43,133 bases of DNA, from IMG/VR virus record IMGVR_UViG_3300037479_000143, positions 1-43,133 of that record; one strand, given 5' to 3'. This document shows positions 35,600-43,133 of the stretch, piece after piece. A model generated the notes under the pieces. That model did no database searches. It worked only from the letters and a program-made list of their open reading frames with translations, and had not been told where the DNA came from. Numbering within the stretch: the stretch's first letter is position 1; each line of letters begins with the position of its first letter. Origin of the DNA: a virus. Its lineage: Duplodnaviria > Caudoviricetes. Position numbers and translations under genes: made by a program.

Positions 35600-35911
35600 T
35601 CAGTTTTGTTGTTTGTGTGTTTCGCGGCACAGCCGCAGGTGCGTGTTGTTTTCCTCCAGCGCCCCCGCGCAGCGGTCGAGGACCACCGCCAGTTCCCTGG
35701 CAGTTTTGTTGTTCTCGGCGGTGATGTTGATCAGCGCGGTGCTGAATTGCTGCTGGTCCGCCCGGTGCTCCGCCATCAACTGCTCGTAACGCCCGATCAG
35801 CCAGCGGACAAAGAAGAGGATGCCGACGCCCGCCCCCAGCAGGATGAAGATGAACAGCCAGCGGTCGCTGCGTCCGGCGGCGTAGTCGGCGGCGCGGATG
35901 AGTTCGTTCAT
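35600..35911 (-). CDS. Holin-like single-pass membrane protein
   Basis: TM segment WLFIFILLGAGVGILFFVRWLI followed by a charged coiled coil. Confidence 0.55.
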   Translation of the reverse strand: MNELIRAADYAAGRSDRWLFIFILLGAGVGILFFVRWLIGRYEQLMAEHRADQQQFSTALINITAENNKTARELAVVLDRCAGALEENNTHLRLCRETHKQQN

Positions 35912-36420
35912 GGGTCTGGGAGAAGCGCCACGGGAGGCTGTGCCAGCAGCCCGGCGCGGAATTGTTCAGTTGGAGCCGACGCCAACGCCTGGAACGGCCC
36001 GATCCGCAACCGTTCCCGCCAGGGCGCATCCGCCCCGGCGCGACTCTCGATAATCACCAGCAGTGGCACCGCCTGACGAAGCTGCGGTGGCGCCGGGCGC
36101 GACTGCAACGCCCGCTGCACCACGTTCGAGGGGTCACTTTCGACACCCTCCGTATTGACCGAGCGCGCCTCGAAGTAGTTGACCGCGCCAGGCACGCTGT
36201 TGCTCCACGCCAGGTTCGTCGAGGCGGCGCCCGCGACGAACTGCTGCCAGGACCAGACGCCCAGCGCCGTGCCGTGGCGAATCACGTAGCCAGTGATCCC
36301 GTTGGTGTTCGGTGGAGGCGTCCATTCCAGGACCAGCACCGGGGCCGTGCGTGGCGGCGTGGCCGGGGTCGGCTGCGCCCACGCGGGCAGGCAGAAGAGC
36401 AGAAGCACAAGAGTTTTCAT
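35908..36420 (-). CDS. Secreted fibronectin type III domain protein
   Basis: Signal peptide MKTLVLLLFCLPAWA; LEWTPP...ITGYVIRHG...NYFEARSVN..GVESDPSN (FN3 pattern). Confidence 0.8.
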   Translation of the reverse strand: MKTLVLLLFCLPAWAQPTPATPPRTAPVLVLEWTPPPNTNGITGYVIRHGTALGVWSWQQFVAGAASTNLAWSNSVPGAVNYFEARSVNTEGVESDPSNVVQRALQSRPAPPQLRQAVPLLVIIESRAGADAPWRERLRIGPFQALASAPTEQFRAGLLAQPPVALLPDP

Positions 36421-37154
36421 AAGGACAGGCCCCAGCGGCCGGACAGGTAGCTGACCGTCTGCGAGCGGTCAGTGGCCCCAAGTTCACCGGCGTAAATCAG
36501 CGCCTCGCCGAGATAACCGTCCAGGTTGAGCGTCGTATCCGCGTTATCACGCGCGCCCAGGCAAATTTGCGTGTAGCTGGCAGGATCACCCTCAGCAGCA
36601 AAGTCCTCGGTCTGGCCGGAGATTTGCAGATATTTGAAGTTCGTCACGTCATTGAAACGCGCGGACAGGATGCGGGCGACAAAAGGAGGGGAACCTTCGC
36701 CACTGTCCTGCACCAGTTCCACGGCGCCGTCCGTAAGCCACCCGTAATCCAACTGCGGGTCTGGCGCGCGGCAACGCAACTCGACGTTGGCGGGATTCAG
36801 GACAACGATCATACCCCACGTCGTCCAGGTGATCGGCTGCATCACCACATAGATCGTAACCCCGGTGGAGTCGAAGCCCGACGGGGCGGTGTCGATCAGA
36901 CAAGTGTCGTTTGCCTTGGAGAATTCGAGCGCCGGCCGCCCGTTGATGCCGCTGGCGCGGTAGATGGGTTGCTTTGAGCCGGTGCCCTGCGTGACGTGAT
37001 TGCCGTTGCCCGATGAATCGTCCCACTGGGAGACCGGATTTCCGTCCCCGACGGCGAGGCTTTCGGTCTTATACCATGCCACCAGGCCGGTCAGGGCCGG
37101 GAGGCTCGGCGCGCCCGCTCCCCCAACCCCCAGCGTTGTCATCAAATTACTCAC
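36417..37154 (-). CDS. LamG/concanavalin-like lectin-fold protein
   Basis: GLVAWY...VSQWDDSSGNGNH.TQ.T...QPIY...INGRPALEF...LDGYLGEALIY..EL...YLSGRWGL. Confidence 0.8.
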   Translation of the reverse strand: MSNLMTTLGVGGAGAPSLPALTGLVAWYKTESLAVGDGNPVSQWDDSSGNGNHVTQGTGSKQPIYRASGINGRPALEFSKANDTCLIDTAPSGFDSTGVTIYVVMQPITWTTWGMIVVLNPANVELRCRAPDPQLDYGWLTDGAVELVQDSGEGSPPFVARILSARFNDVTNFKYLQISGQTEDFAAEGDPASYTQICLGARDNADTTLNLDGYLGEALIYAGELGATDRSQTVSYLSGRWGLSL

Positions 37155-37927
37155 GAGGGCAGCAGGGGAAAGGTTGCGCCCGTGCCGCTGTCCAGTGACA
37201 GCGCCAGGTCGTCGATGAAGGTGTCCTCAGTACCGAACACGTCATGGTTATCCTGACGGCCGAATTCCAGCGTCTCGAAGTCCGTCGGCGTGCCCATCGC
37301 GAGCGTCATCTCGGAACCGATTTGCGACCAGGTGCTCGGGTTGTAGATCCGCATCCGCCCAAACCCCGTCACCGAGGAGTAGTGGAGCGTTACCCAATAC
37401 CAGGTCGAGCCGCTGATCGGCTCGATGTTCGTTTCATCGGTCCCCGTATTCGTCTCGACCGTGGCCTGATTGGGAGAGAAATCGCGGAAGTGCATCGCGG
37501 TGTAGCTGCCGCCGGTTCCGTGCAGGAGTGCCACCGTGTAGTAATTGAACGTGGCGCCAGTTGTGTGCGTGCGAAAGGCAAAGCCGCAGGATGCCTCCGC
37601 CACCGGCGAGGGAATGGTGTAGCGGGCGAACACTTGGTCTTGCGCCAGATTACTCTTCATGCTGCGCGTCGAACCCACGTCACTGCTGCCAGCACCGCCG
37701 ACGTGCAATCCGCTGATAGCGATCTCCTGCGCCGTGTCGATCTTCGGCGCCACCACCGGTACGCTCCAGGTTCCGCCGATAGCGTCGAAGGAGCCATTGG
37801 CCAGGATGGTCGGAGTCACACTCGCCTCGTCGGCGCCATCCTCGAAACGGACCAGCAAATCCACCGACGTACCCAACCCGGCGCCACCCCTGTTGCCCGC
37901 GCCCGTCAATGTGAGGATGGACCCCAT
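37151..37927 (-). CDS. Beta-sandwich (lectin-like) protein
   Basis: TWYWVTLHY, RMRIY, FIDDLAL; its stop overlaps the start of the next gene. Confidence 0.65.
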   Translation of the reverse strand: MGSILTLTGAGNRGGAGLGTSVDLLVRFEDGADEASVTPTILANGSFDAIGGTWSVPVVAPKIDTAQEIAISGLHVGGAGSSDVGSTRSMKSNLAQDQVFARYTIPSPVAEASCGFAFRTHTTGATFNYYTVALLHGTGGSYTAMHFRDFSPNQATVETNTGTDETNIEPISGSTWYWVTLHYSSVTGFGRMRIYNPSTWSQIGSEMTLAMGTPTDFETLEFGRQDNHDVFGTEDTFIDDLALSLDSGTGATFPLLPS

Positions 37928-37933
37928 TGCGCG

Positions 37934-38305
37934 TCAGCGGTAGAACACATTCACCACCACGTCATTGGCCGCTGGCGCCGTCGTGTCGCTGTCCGCCACG
38001 AGCTGCACCGCGCCGATACCGATGCCCAGGCTGAAGGCGATGCCGGGGCCGAAATAGACGTTGGCCGCCGAACTGGCCGGCAACGCGATGGTCAACAGCG
38101 GCGTGTCCGTGCCCACCGTCGGCGCGGTCAGCTTGTTGTAGAACTTCACGAAGCGAGAGCTGGCCGCGTTGTTGGCCAGATACCACCCGAACACCGTGCC
38201 GGCCCCACCCTTGATGAGCACGCCGGTCGCGCCGAGATTGATGTTGCGGTAGGTATCGCACCCGCCGTGCGCTCGCGGCGCCACATAGACTTGGGAATTG
38301 TTCAT
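37934..38305 (-). CDS. Small structural beta protein
   Basis: IKGGAGTVFGWY..N...RFVKFYNK.TAPTVGTDTP...GIAFSLGI. Start trimmed to the ATG at 38305. Confidence 0.7.
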   Translation of the reverse strand: MNNSQVYVAPRAHGGCDTYRNINLGATGVLIKGGAGTVFGWYLANNAASSRFVKFYNKLTAPTVGTDTPLLTIALPASSAANVYFGPGIAFSLGIGIGAVQLVADSDTTAPAANDVVVNVFYR

Positions 38306-38306
38306 A

Positions 38307-39560
38307 TCATCGCATTTGCACGTTGAGGCTCCGGGTCTGGCCCTGGAGCCGTTCAATTTTGTCGAACTCACGCTGCAAGAGGCGATGGGCCTCGCGCAGC
38401 TCCTCGTTCCACTTGCTGGTCTTGCCCGTGACCTTGAGCAGATCGGCATAAGCCGCCTGCGCCACCGCGTCCTTGAGCACGTAAGGGAAATCCAGCTTCG
38501 TCCAGTAAGCCGTGTCCGTCGGGGCCTGCGTCGTGGCCGGCTGGATGCACACGTAGTATTCGCCCGTGGTCGTGTAATACACTTGGTCGCCGATGACGAA
38601 GCTGCCGCTGGCCCACACCGAACCCGTGAAGTCGTTCGGTCGAAGGCGAAACTCGACCCACACCACCGGCTCGCTGCCGCGCACCACCAGCCCGTCATAA
38701 GTCAGGTCGAAGCTCTGCGGCCCGGCGTCCTCCACAACCCACGGGTCATCGTTCCAGACCCCCTTCACTTCGCCGATGCGCGTGGCGCTGGCGCCTTGAT
38801 TGCTCGTCGCGCCAGGGTCCAGATCGATGTTGCGTTCAAACGGCGTGAGCACCCCCCAATAGGTGGCGTTGGGCGGCTGCTGGTTGGTGTGCGCGGCCAG
38901 GCACTGGTAGAATCGGCCGTCCAGCGGTTGATATACCTGGTTGCCCACCACGTAAGCCGCTGCGGCCGCCCAATCGTTGGCGGCGTAGCGGCTTTCGCCC
39001 ACCGCCCAATACTCCTGCGTCGTCTGGTTGCCCGCGTCCGCCGGGTTGATGCCCGCCAGCATCGTGCCGCTGCCGCTGCTGCCAGGATCTGCCGGCATGA
39101 CGTAGGTGAAGGTCGTCGCCCCCGTCACCGTGGCGTTCCACGTCCCGTTGTAGCCCGAGGGGGACACGCCGCTGACGGTGATGCGCGGATCGTCGCCCGT
39201 GGTCAGGTTGTGACCCGCGCCGATGGTGGCCGTGGCCGTCGTACCGCTGCGCGTTAGGGTGGTGATGGTGAGGGGCTGGGCGCGGAGGGACTGGTAATAG
39301 CTCTGGGTTGGCCAGTAATACACCTCGACCGGCGCGGTCGCCGTGCTGGCGGCGTAAGCTGTCGTCCCATCGTACTGTGGGCGAAACGTGCGCCGCTCGA
39401 CCACGGTCCATTCCGGCCAGTAGAACCGCTCGAAGAACTCGCGATACCGAGAGTTGATGAAACGGTTGAGTGAAGCGGCGTCGTCCGCCGTGGCGTTGAT
39501 CTTGCCCGCGAAGAGCAGGTTGGCCTTGTCCTGGACGGTTTTATAGGTGACGGTTCGCAC
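38307..39560 (-). CDS. Head-tail adaptor / tail tubular protein A-like with inserted carbohydrate-binding modules
   Basis: Adaptor-like ends (FINSRYREF...WPE; FPYVLKDAVAQAAYADLL..GK). CBM5/12-like repeats WAAAAAYVVGNQVY...YQCL.AHT...P..TYW and WASGSFVIGDQVY...YVCI...YW. Confidence 0.75.
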   Translation of the reverse strand: MRTVTYKTVQDKANLLFAGKINATADDAASLNRFINSRYREFFERFYWPEWTVVERRTFRPQYDGTTAYAASTATAPVEVYYWPTQSYYQSLRAQPLTITTLTRSGTTATATIGAGHNLTTGDDPRITVSGVSPSGYNGTWNATVTGATTFTYVMPADPGSSGSGTMLAGINPADAGNQTTQEYWAVGESRYAANDWAAAAAYVVGNQVYQPLDGRFYQCLAAHTNQQPPNATYWGVLTPFERNIDLDPGATSNQGASATRIGEVKGVWNDDPWVVEDAGPQSFDLTYDGLVVRGSEPVVWVEFRLRPNDFTGSVWASGSFVIGDQVYYTTTGEYYVCIQPATTQAPTDTAYWTKLDFPYVLKDAVAQAAYADLLKVTGKTSKWNEELREAHRLLQREFDKIERLQGQTRSLNVQMR

Positions 39561-39567
39561 AGCAACT

Positions 39568-39643
39568 TGGTAGCAGGGGCCGGAGTCGAACCGGCGGTCT
39601 CTTCGTTATGAGCGAAGCGGGATAGCCACTTCCCCACCCTGCA
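39568..39643 (-). tRNA. tRNA-Met(CAU), initiator-like, 76 nt with encoded CCA
   Basis: TGCAGGG TG GGGA AGTGGCTA TCCC G CTTCG CTCATAA CGAAG AGACC GCCGG TTCGACT CCGGC CCCTGCT A CCA folds into a full cloverleaf. Confidence 0.92.
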
Positions 39644-39652
39644 AAAACGGTT

Positions 39653-40069
39653 CTACACGTAAACGCACACGTCGGGGTTGTCCCGCTTTAGTGAGCGCAG
39701 GTTCTTGTCGTCCCGGAAGAAGTCCGGGTCTTCCCGCAACCAGCGGAAGTAATCGCGCAAGGGCACCTCGGCCACCTTGCGGATCTCCGAGCGGTTGTTC
39801 TGCTTGAACCCGGCGTTCTTCCGCGCCACCGCCCGGTAACGAGCCGTCGTCTGCGCCTTCTCGCGGCGCAGATACTCGTTCAATTCCCCGCCCGTCTTGA
39901 GTTCCTGTTTCCACCATTGGAGGAAATCCTCCGGCTTGGTCTCGCGCGCCTTGCGCGCGATGATGTTGAAGGCGGCGCCCGTGGGGGACAAATCGACGAG
40001 CGCCGCCCCAGGGGACGGCGAGGCAGGACACGGCCCCGCCGCCCCGAATTGTTTCGCCAGCGCAGGCAT
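39653..40069 (-). CDS. Conserved-type phage head-region protein
   Basis: C-terminal VAEVPLRDYFRW....DFFRD...LKRDNP; lies downstream of the capsid genes. Confidence 0.7.
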   Translation of the reverse strand: MPALAKQFGAAGPCPASPSPGAALVDLSPTGAAFNIIARKARETKPEDFLQWWKQELKTGGELNEYLRREKAQTTARYRAVARKNAGFKQNNRSEIRKVAEVPLRDYFRWLREDPDFFRDDKNLRSLKRDNPDVCVYV

Positions 40070-40074
40070 GGAGC

Positions 40075-40644
40075 CTAGAGCACCTCGCGATTAGTGACCC
40101 ATTCCCGCCAGGGAAAGAGCGCGACGTAGATCCAGATTTCGGTTCCCGCCGCCGGGACCGGCAACGCGGCGACGTTGGCCACTGCGCTGATCAGGTTGGC
40201 CGTGAGCCACTGGCTGGCGGTCGTGCTGAACAGCGGCACCGTGGCCGCCACCGCCGGGAACGCCTGGTTGGCCGTTTCCAGCGTGGACGTGGCCGCCGCC
40301 GTCTGGTCGATCAGGTTCGTCGCCGCCGTGAGCGAGTTGCCCACGCCGATGTCGATGACCGGATTATCCGCGCCGGCCGTGAAGGGCAGCTTGGTGATTT
40401 GCAGCGCCAGCGGGAACGTCACCCCGTAGATGGGCACGCCCGCCGAGTCCGTCATCTGGATCAGATTGTAAACGGTGTTGGTCGCCGCCGTGGTCGTGCG
40501 GTCCACGCCCACGCCCTCCGAGCCGGTGAAGTCGCTGCCCCAGGTCTTCGTGGTGGGACTGTAACGGTGCCGGCTGCCCAGGACGAACAGATCGGTGAAA
40601 CCACCGCTGAACTGCGCTGTATTGCGAAGATTCTTGTGAATCAT
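40075..40644 (-). CDS. Putative capsid decoration / minor head protein
   Basis: A/T-rich beta protein directly after the major capsid gene. Confidence 0.6.
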   Translation of the reverse strand: MIHKNLRNTAQFSGGFTDLFVLGSRHRYSPTTKTWGSDFTGSEGVGVDRTTTAATNTVYNLIQMTDSAGVPIYGVTFPLALQITKLPFTAGADNPVIDIGVGNSLTAATNLIDQTAAATSTLETANQAFPAVAATVPLFSTTASQWLTANLISAVANVAALPVPAAGTEIWIYVALFPWREWVTNREVL

Positions 40645-40682
40645 AAGTGTTTTCTCGTTGATGGTTGGTTCAATGCGCAGGC

Positions 40683-41720
40683 TTACGTGTTATAGATTTT
40701 CCCGTTGCCCTTGGGGTTGAGTCCGATCAGCGCGAACATGGCCTTGACGTAGCCGCTCATGCCGCCCGCGTTCTCGTCCTGATCCACCGAATGGAGGTTT
40801 TCCAGGAAGAGCAACTGCCAGAGGTTCATCTTGAGAATGTAACCCACCAGCGGATCGCCCAGGCCGGTCGAGGCCGAGACGTTGTTGAACTGCGTCGGCA
40901 CGATGCTGGCCCGCCCGAAGGTCGAATCGAACACGGACACCGACAGGCTGACCGTGCCGTTCGCATCCTCATTGATGCGATACCGCGTATTGGCCACGCC
41001 GACGCGCGTGAAGTTGTCGATGGTCTGGACGAGCGTATCGCCCATCACGCACAGGTAATCCTGCTTGCCCCCGTGAATCTTCTGGAGGTTGCGCAGCAGA
41101 CCCACGAAGATCGCCTCCGTCAAGGCCGTCACGCTGTTCACCCCTGAGACAATGGTGTTCGTCGCGTTGTCGTCCCACGAGCCAGCCGCCACCGTGCCGG
41201 GCGGGCGGAAATCCGCCGGGACCGGCTGCACCGCCTGCGCCGTGCTCTGAATCCAGGTGAACAGGCCACGGGTTTGCATGTCCGTGTCGCTGCCGCCCTG
41301 CATTTCCTGCGCGCCGCAACACACCGCTTCGATGTCGCGCTTGACCTCGCGGAGCGCCTTGGCCTTCGAGTTGCCGTATTCATTGTGGATGGCCGCCACG
41401 CCGCCGCGACGACTGACCGCCTGTTGCACGTCCGTCACGCCGAACTCGTCCTGAACGCGGTGGACATAGCTGCCGAAGCGCGTGCGCTTGGCCGCCTTGT
41501 TATTCCCCTTGCCGGCGTCCTGGCCTTCCTTGGTGCCGCTGGTGCGCGGCTTGCGCAGCGTATCGGCCAGCACTTCGATGAATGTGGCGTTGGGACCGTC
41601 TCCCTTGGTCACGGCACTGGTGAATGGAGTCTCCTCCGGTTCGAGGATCGTCAGGATGTCCCGCAGATCCTCGCGGTTGCCGCCGATGATGCTCGGCGAA
41701 CTGTAACTGTCTGCTTGCAT
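40683..41720 (-). CDS. Major capsid protein (DUF5309 / SU10-like)
   Basis: GNREDLRDIL.ILEPEETPFTS, KALREVKRDIE, TRGLFTWI, FDSTFG, NPKGNGKI. Start trimmed to the ATG at 41720. Confidence 0.9.
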   Translation of the reverse strand: MQADSYSSPSIIGGNREDLRDILTILEPEETPFTSAVTKGDGPNATFIEVLADTLRKPRTSGTKEGQDAGKGNNKAAKRTRFGSYVHRVQDEFGVTDVQQAVSRRGGVAAIHNEYGNSKAKALREVKRDIEAVCCGAQEMQGGSDTDMQTRGLFTWIQSTAQAVQPVPADFRPPGTVAAGSWDDNATNTIVSGVNSVTALTEAIFVGLLRNLQKIHGGKQDYLCVMGDTLVQTIDNFTRVGVANTRYRINEDANGTVSLSVSVFDSTFGRASIVPTQFNNVSASTGLGDPLVGYILKMNLWQLLFLENLHSVDQDENAGGMSGYVKAMFALIGLNPKGNGKIYNT

Positions 41721-41733
41721 GTTTCGCTCTTTC

Positions 41734-42837
41734 TTAGCCTTTGGCGGCTTCGAGCCGCGCCAGGCGCTTTTGAGCGAGCAACTTCGACAAATCGCTTTCC
41801 CGTCCTCCTCCCTCCCTGAAGGCTTTCTCCGCCGCACTGACCGTCGCCGCCATCTTGCCCTCGCCCTTGGGCGCCGCGCTGGGGCTGAACGTGACCACCG
41901 GCGTTACCGGCCGCCCGGCCGCCGGCCTGGCCGCCGTCGGTTTCACCTTTTTGAGCGCCTCCCGTTCGAGCCGCGCGCCGGCCACCTGCCGCGCCACGAT
42001 CAGCTCGAAGTCCGCCCGTTGGAGCACCGCCGGATTCTCGCGAATCACAGCCAGGGCCTCCTGGAATTCCGGGCTGCCCTTCTGCTCGATCCACGGGTAG
42101 AGTTTGACCGCCTCGGAATGCGCCGCGCGGCGCTTGGCGTCGAACTCGGCCCGGAGCGTTTCCAGCCGGGCCTCGCGCCGGGCGTTCAGCCGGATGGCCT
42201 GCGCCTCGCATTTGCGCCGGTAGCTGCGGACTTCCTCGCCAGTCAGCTCGAACCGCTTGCCGTCGGCCTCGGTGAAGCTGCCCCCGTCCGGGTTTTCGTC
42301 CGCCCAGGCGAGGAAGGCATCCAGTCCGTCCAGCTCACTGGCGATCTCGGCCACGCTGCGGTCCCCCTCGAAGGAGGCATCCGCCGGATGCGTTTCCTTG
42401 GGCTTGGGCAACTGGGCCTTCAACTCTTCGAGTTGCGCCTTGAGGGCGGCGATCTCCTCGCGCGCCTCGTTGCGCTGCTCCGTCACCTTGCCCACGCGCC
42501 TCTGGAGATCCCGGATGGCCCTGGGCGTCGCTTCCGCCTCGGCTTCGGTCGCTTCTTCGGTCGTTTCGGTTTCGGTCGTTCCTTCCGCCGTGGCTTCGGC
42601 CGCCAGGGCGGCGGAGTCGTCTTCAGGTTGGGAAAGAACAGGCTTCGCCTCCTCGGCCTCCGCTTGCTCGCTGCTCGTGGCCGTGGTTGCGGTGGGCGGC
42701 GTCTCAGCCGGGGCGGGTTTCGGTTTGGAAGCGGCCTTGCGGCCTTTGGCCATCCGTTCACCGAGTTGGGCGAGAGTCAGGTTTGCACTCTTCGCGCTAT
42801 CCACCGTCTCCGTGGGCGTCGCAGTCGTCGGGTCCAT
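41734..42837 (-). CDS. Capsid scaffolding protein
   Basis: Acidic disordered N-terminus, LQRRVGKVTEQR coiled coil, AVKLYPWI; immediately upstream of the major capsid gene. Confidence 0.8.
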   Translation of the reverse strand: MDPTTATPTETVDSAKSANLTLAQLGERMAKGRKAASKPKPAPAETPPTATTATSSEQAEAEEAKPVLSQPEDDSAALAAEATAEGTTETETTEEATEAEAEATPRAIRDLQRRVGKVTEQRNEAREEIAALKAQLEELKAQLPKPKETHPADASFEGDRSVAEIASELDGLDAFLAWADENPDGGSFTEADGKRFELTGEEVRSYRRKCEAQAIRLNARREARLETLRAEFDAKRRAAHSEAVKLYPWIEQKGSPEFQEALAVIRENPAVLQRADFELIVARQVAGARLEREALKKVKPTAARPAAGRPVTPVVTFSPSAAPKGEGKMAATVSAAEKAFREGGGRESDLSKLLAQKRLARLEAAKG

Positions 42838-42990
42838 GCAGTTTTGCGCCTTGCAAGCAGGCATCAGGGGTTGCTCTTGGGCGCAACCGCCAGGAAAGCC
42901 CATGCGCCGCGCTGGCCGCAGACGCATGGGGATGAATCGTGGAAATCCCGGCGAAATTGAAGCGGCTTGCCTGAGAATCAGGCACAGCCG
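42835..42990 (-). promoter_or_regulatory. Structured 5' leader of the head operon, ending in an H-type pseudoknot over the scaffold start codon
   Basis: Minus-strand stems CGGCT.TGCCTGA / TCAGGCA-AGCCG, CCCATGCG / CGCATGGG, GGTTGC / GCAACC, then TGCCT-GCT-TGCA-AGGCG-CAAAAC-TGCA(TG). Confidence 0.5.
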
Positions 42991-43073
42991 ACCCCACTTA
43001 GGCGAACTTGAGGCGGGTCATGCGTCCTCGCATTGCCACTGCAAGGCAGGTTTGCGTCGAGCACGGCAGGTTG
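42978..43073 (-). CDS. Zinc-ribbon-like protein, 3' part (joined to 168..1)
   Basis: In-frame continuation across the circular junction; TGA at 42980-42978. Confidence 0.65.
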   Translation of the reverse strand, partial: QPAVLDANLPCSGNARTHDPPQVRLSGVGCA

Positions 43074-43133
43074 TGGGTGACACCATTCATCGCAGCGCGG
43101 GCAGTTGTCACCGCCTTCGGTGAGCACGTCACG
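43074..43133 (+). repeat. Terminal direct repeat, copy 2
   Basis: Identical to 1-60. Confidence 0.97.

Larger units (their letters stand above)
1..43133. mobile_element. Complete temperate podovirus-like phage genome, circular/excised form (about 43,073 bp unique)
   Basis: 60-bp terminal overlap. Integrase with intact attP, terminase, portal, scaffold, capsid, tail tube, fibre and ejection genes are present. No tape measure or sheath gene and no host housekeeping genes seen. Confidence 0.95.

Noticed and set aside
32107-39273. Diversity-generating retroelement TR/VR pair suggested by the similar segments at about 32150 and 39100
   Set aside because: No reverse transcriptase is present, differences are not adenine-specific, and both copies are coding paralogous domains.
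40683-40710. Programmed -1 frameshift at the capsid 3' end (GGG AAA ATC)
   Set aside because: The run is not in the X XXY YYZ register relative to the reading frame.

Overview
The window is a complete, circularly permuted temperate phage genome of about 43,073 bp. Bases 1-60 repeat exactly at 43074-43133, and a Cys-rich ORF reads through that junction. The genome is GC-rich, podovirus-like, and almost entirely encoded on the minus strand. It appears to be the excised form: an intact attP (3' part of tRNA-Ser(CGA) flanked by 12-bp arm-type repeats) sits next to a tyrosine integrase. Modules: (1) a switch region with an RHH-like regulator, a divergent DUF5348-like gene and no recognisable CI; (2) replication, with an iteron-containing initiator and a T7 gp4-like primase-helicase; (3) packaging genes (TerS-like, TerL, portal) interleaved with DNA-modification genes (Dam-family MTase, Mom-like XF1762 protein, PolX-thumb fragment); (4) head genes (scaffold, DUF5309-type capsid); (5) an unusual initiator-like tRNA-CAU; (6) tail and fibre genes; (7) an envelope cassette (secreted FN3 protein, holin-like protein, OmpA-like barrel) with no recognisable endolysin; (8) ejection proteins, ending in a 3147-aa DarB-like polyvalent protein. 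The most interesting leads are the envelope cassette with internally placed signal peptides, the chimeric tRNA-fMet, three layers of DNA modification with a GATC-heptad operator, a beta-module nested inside domains of three virion proteins, and a pseudoknot over the scaffold start codon. All family calls come from motif recognition by eye; no database searches were run.
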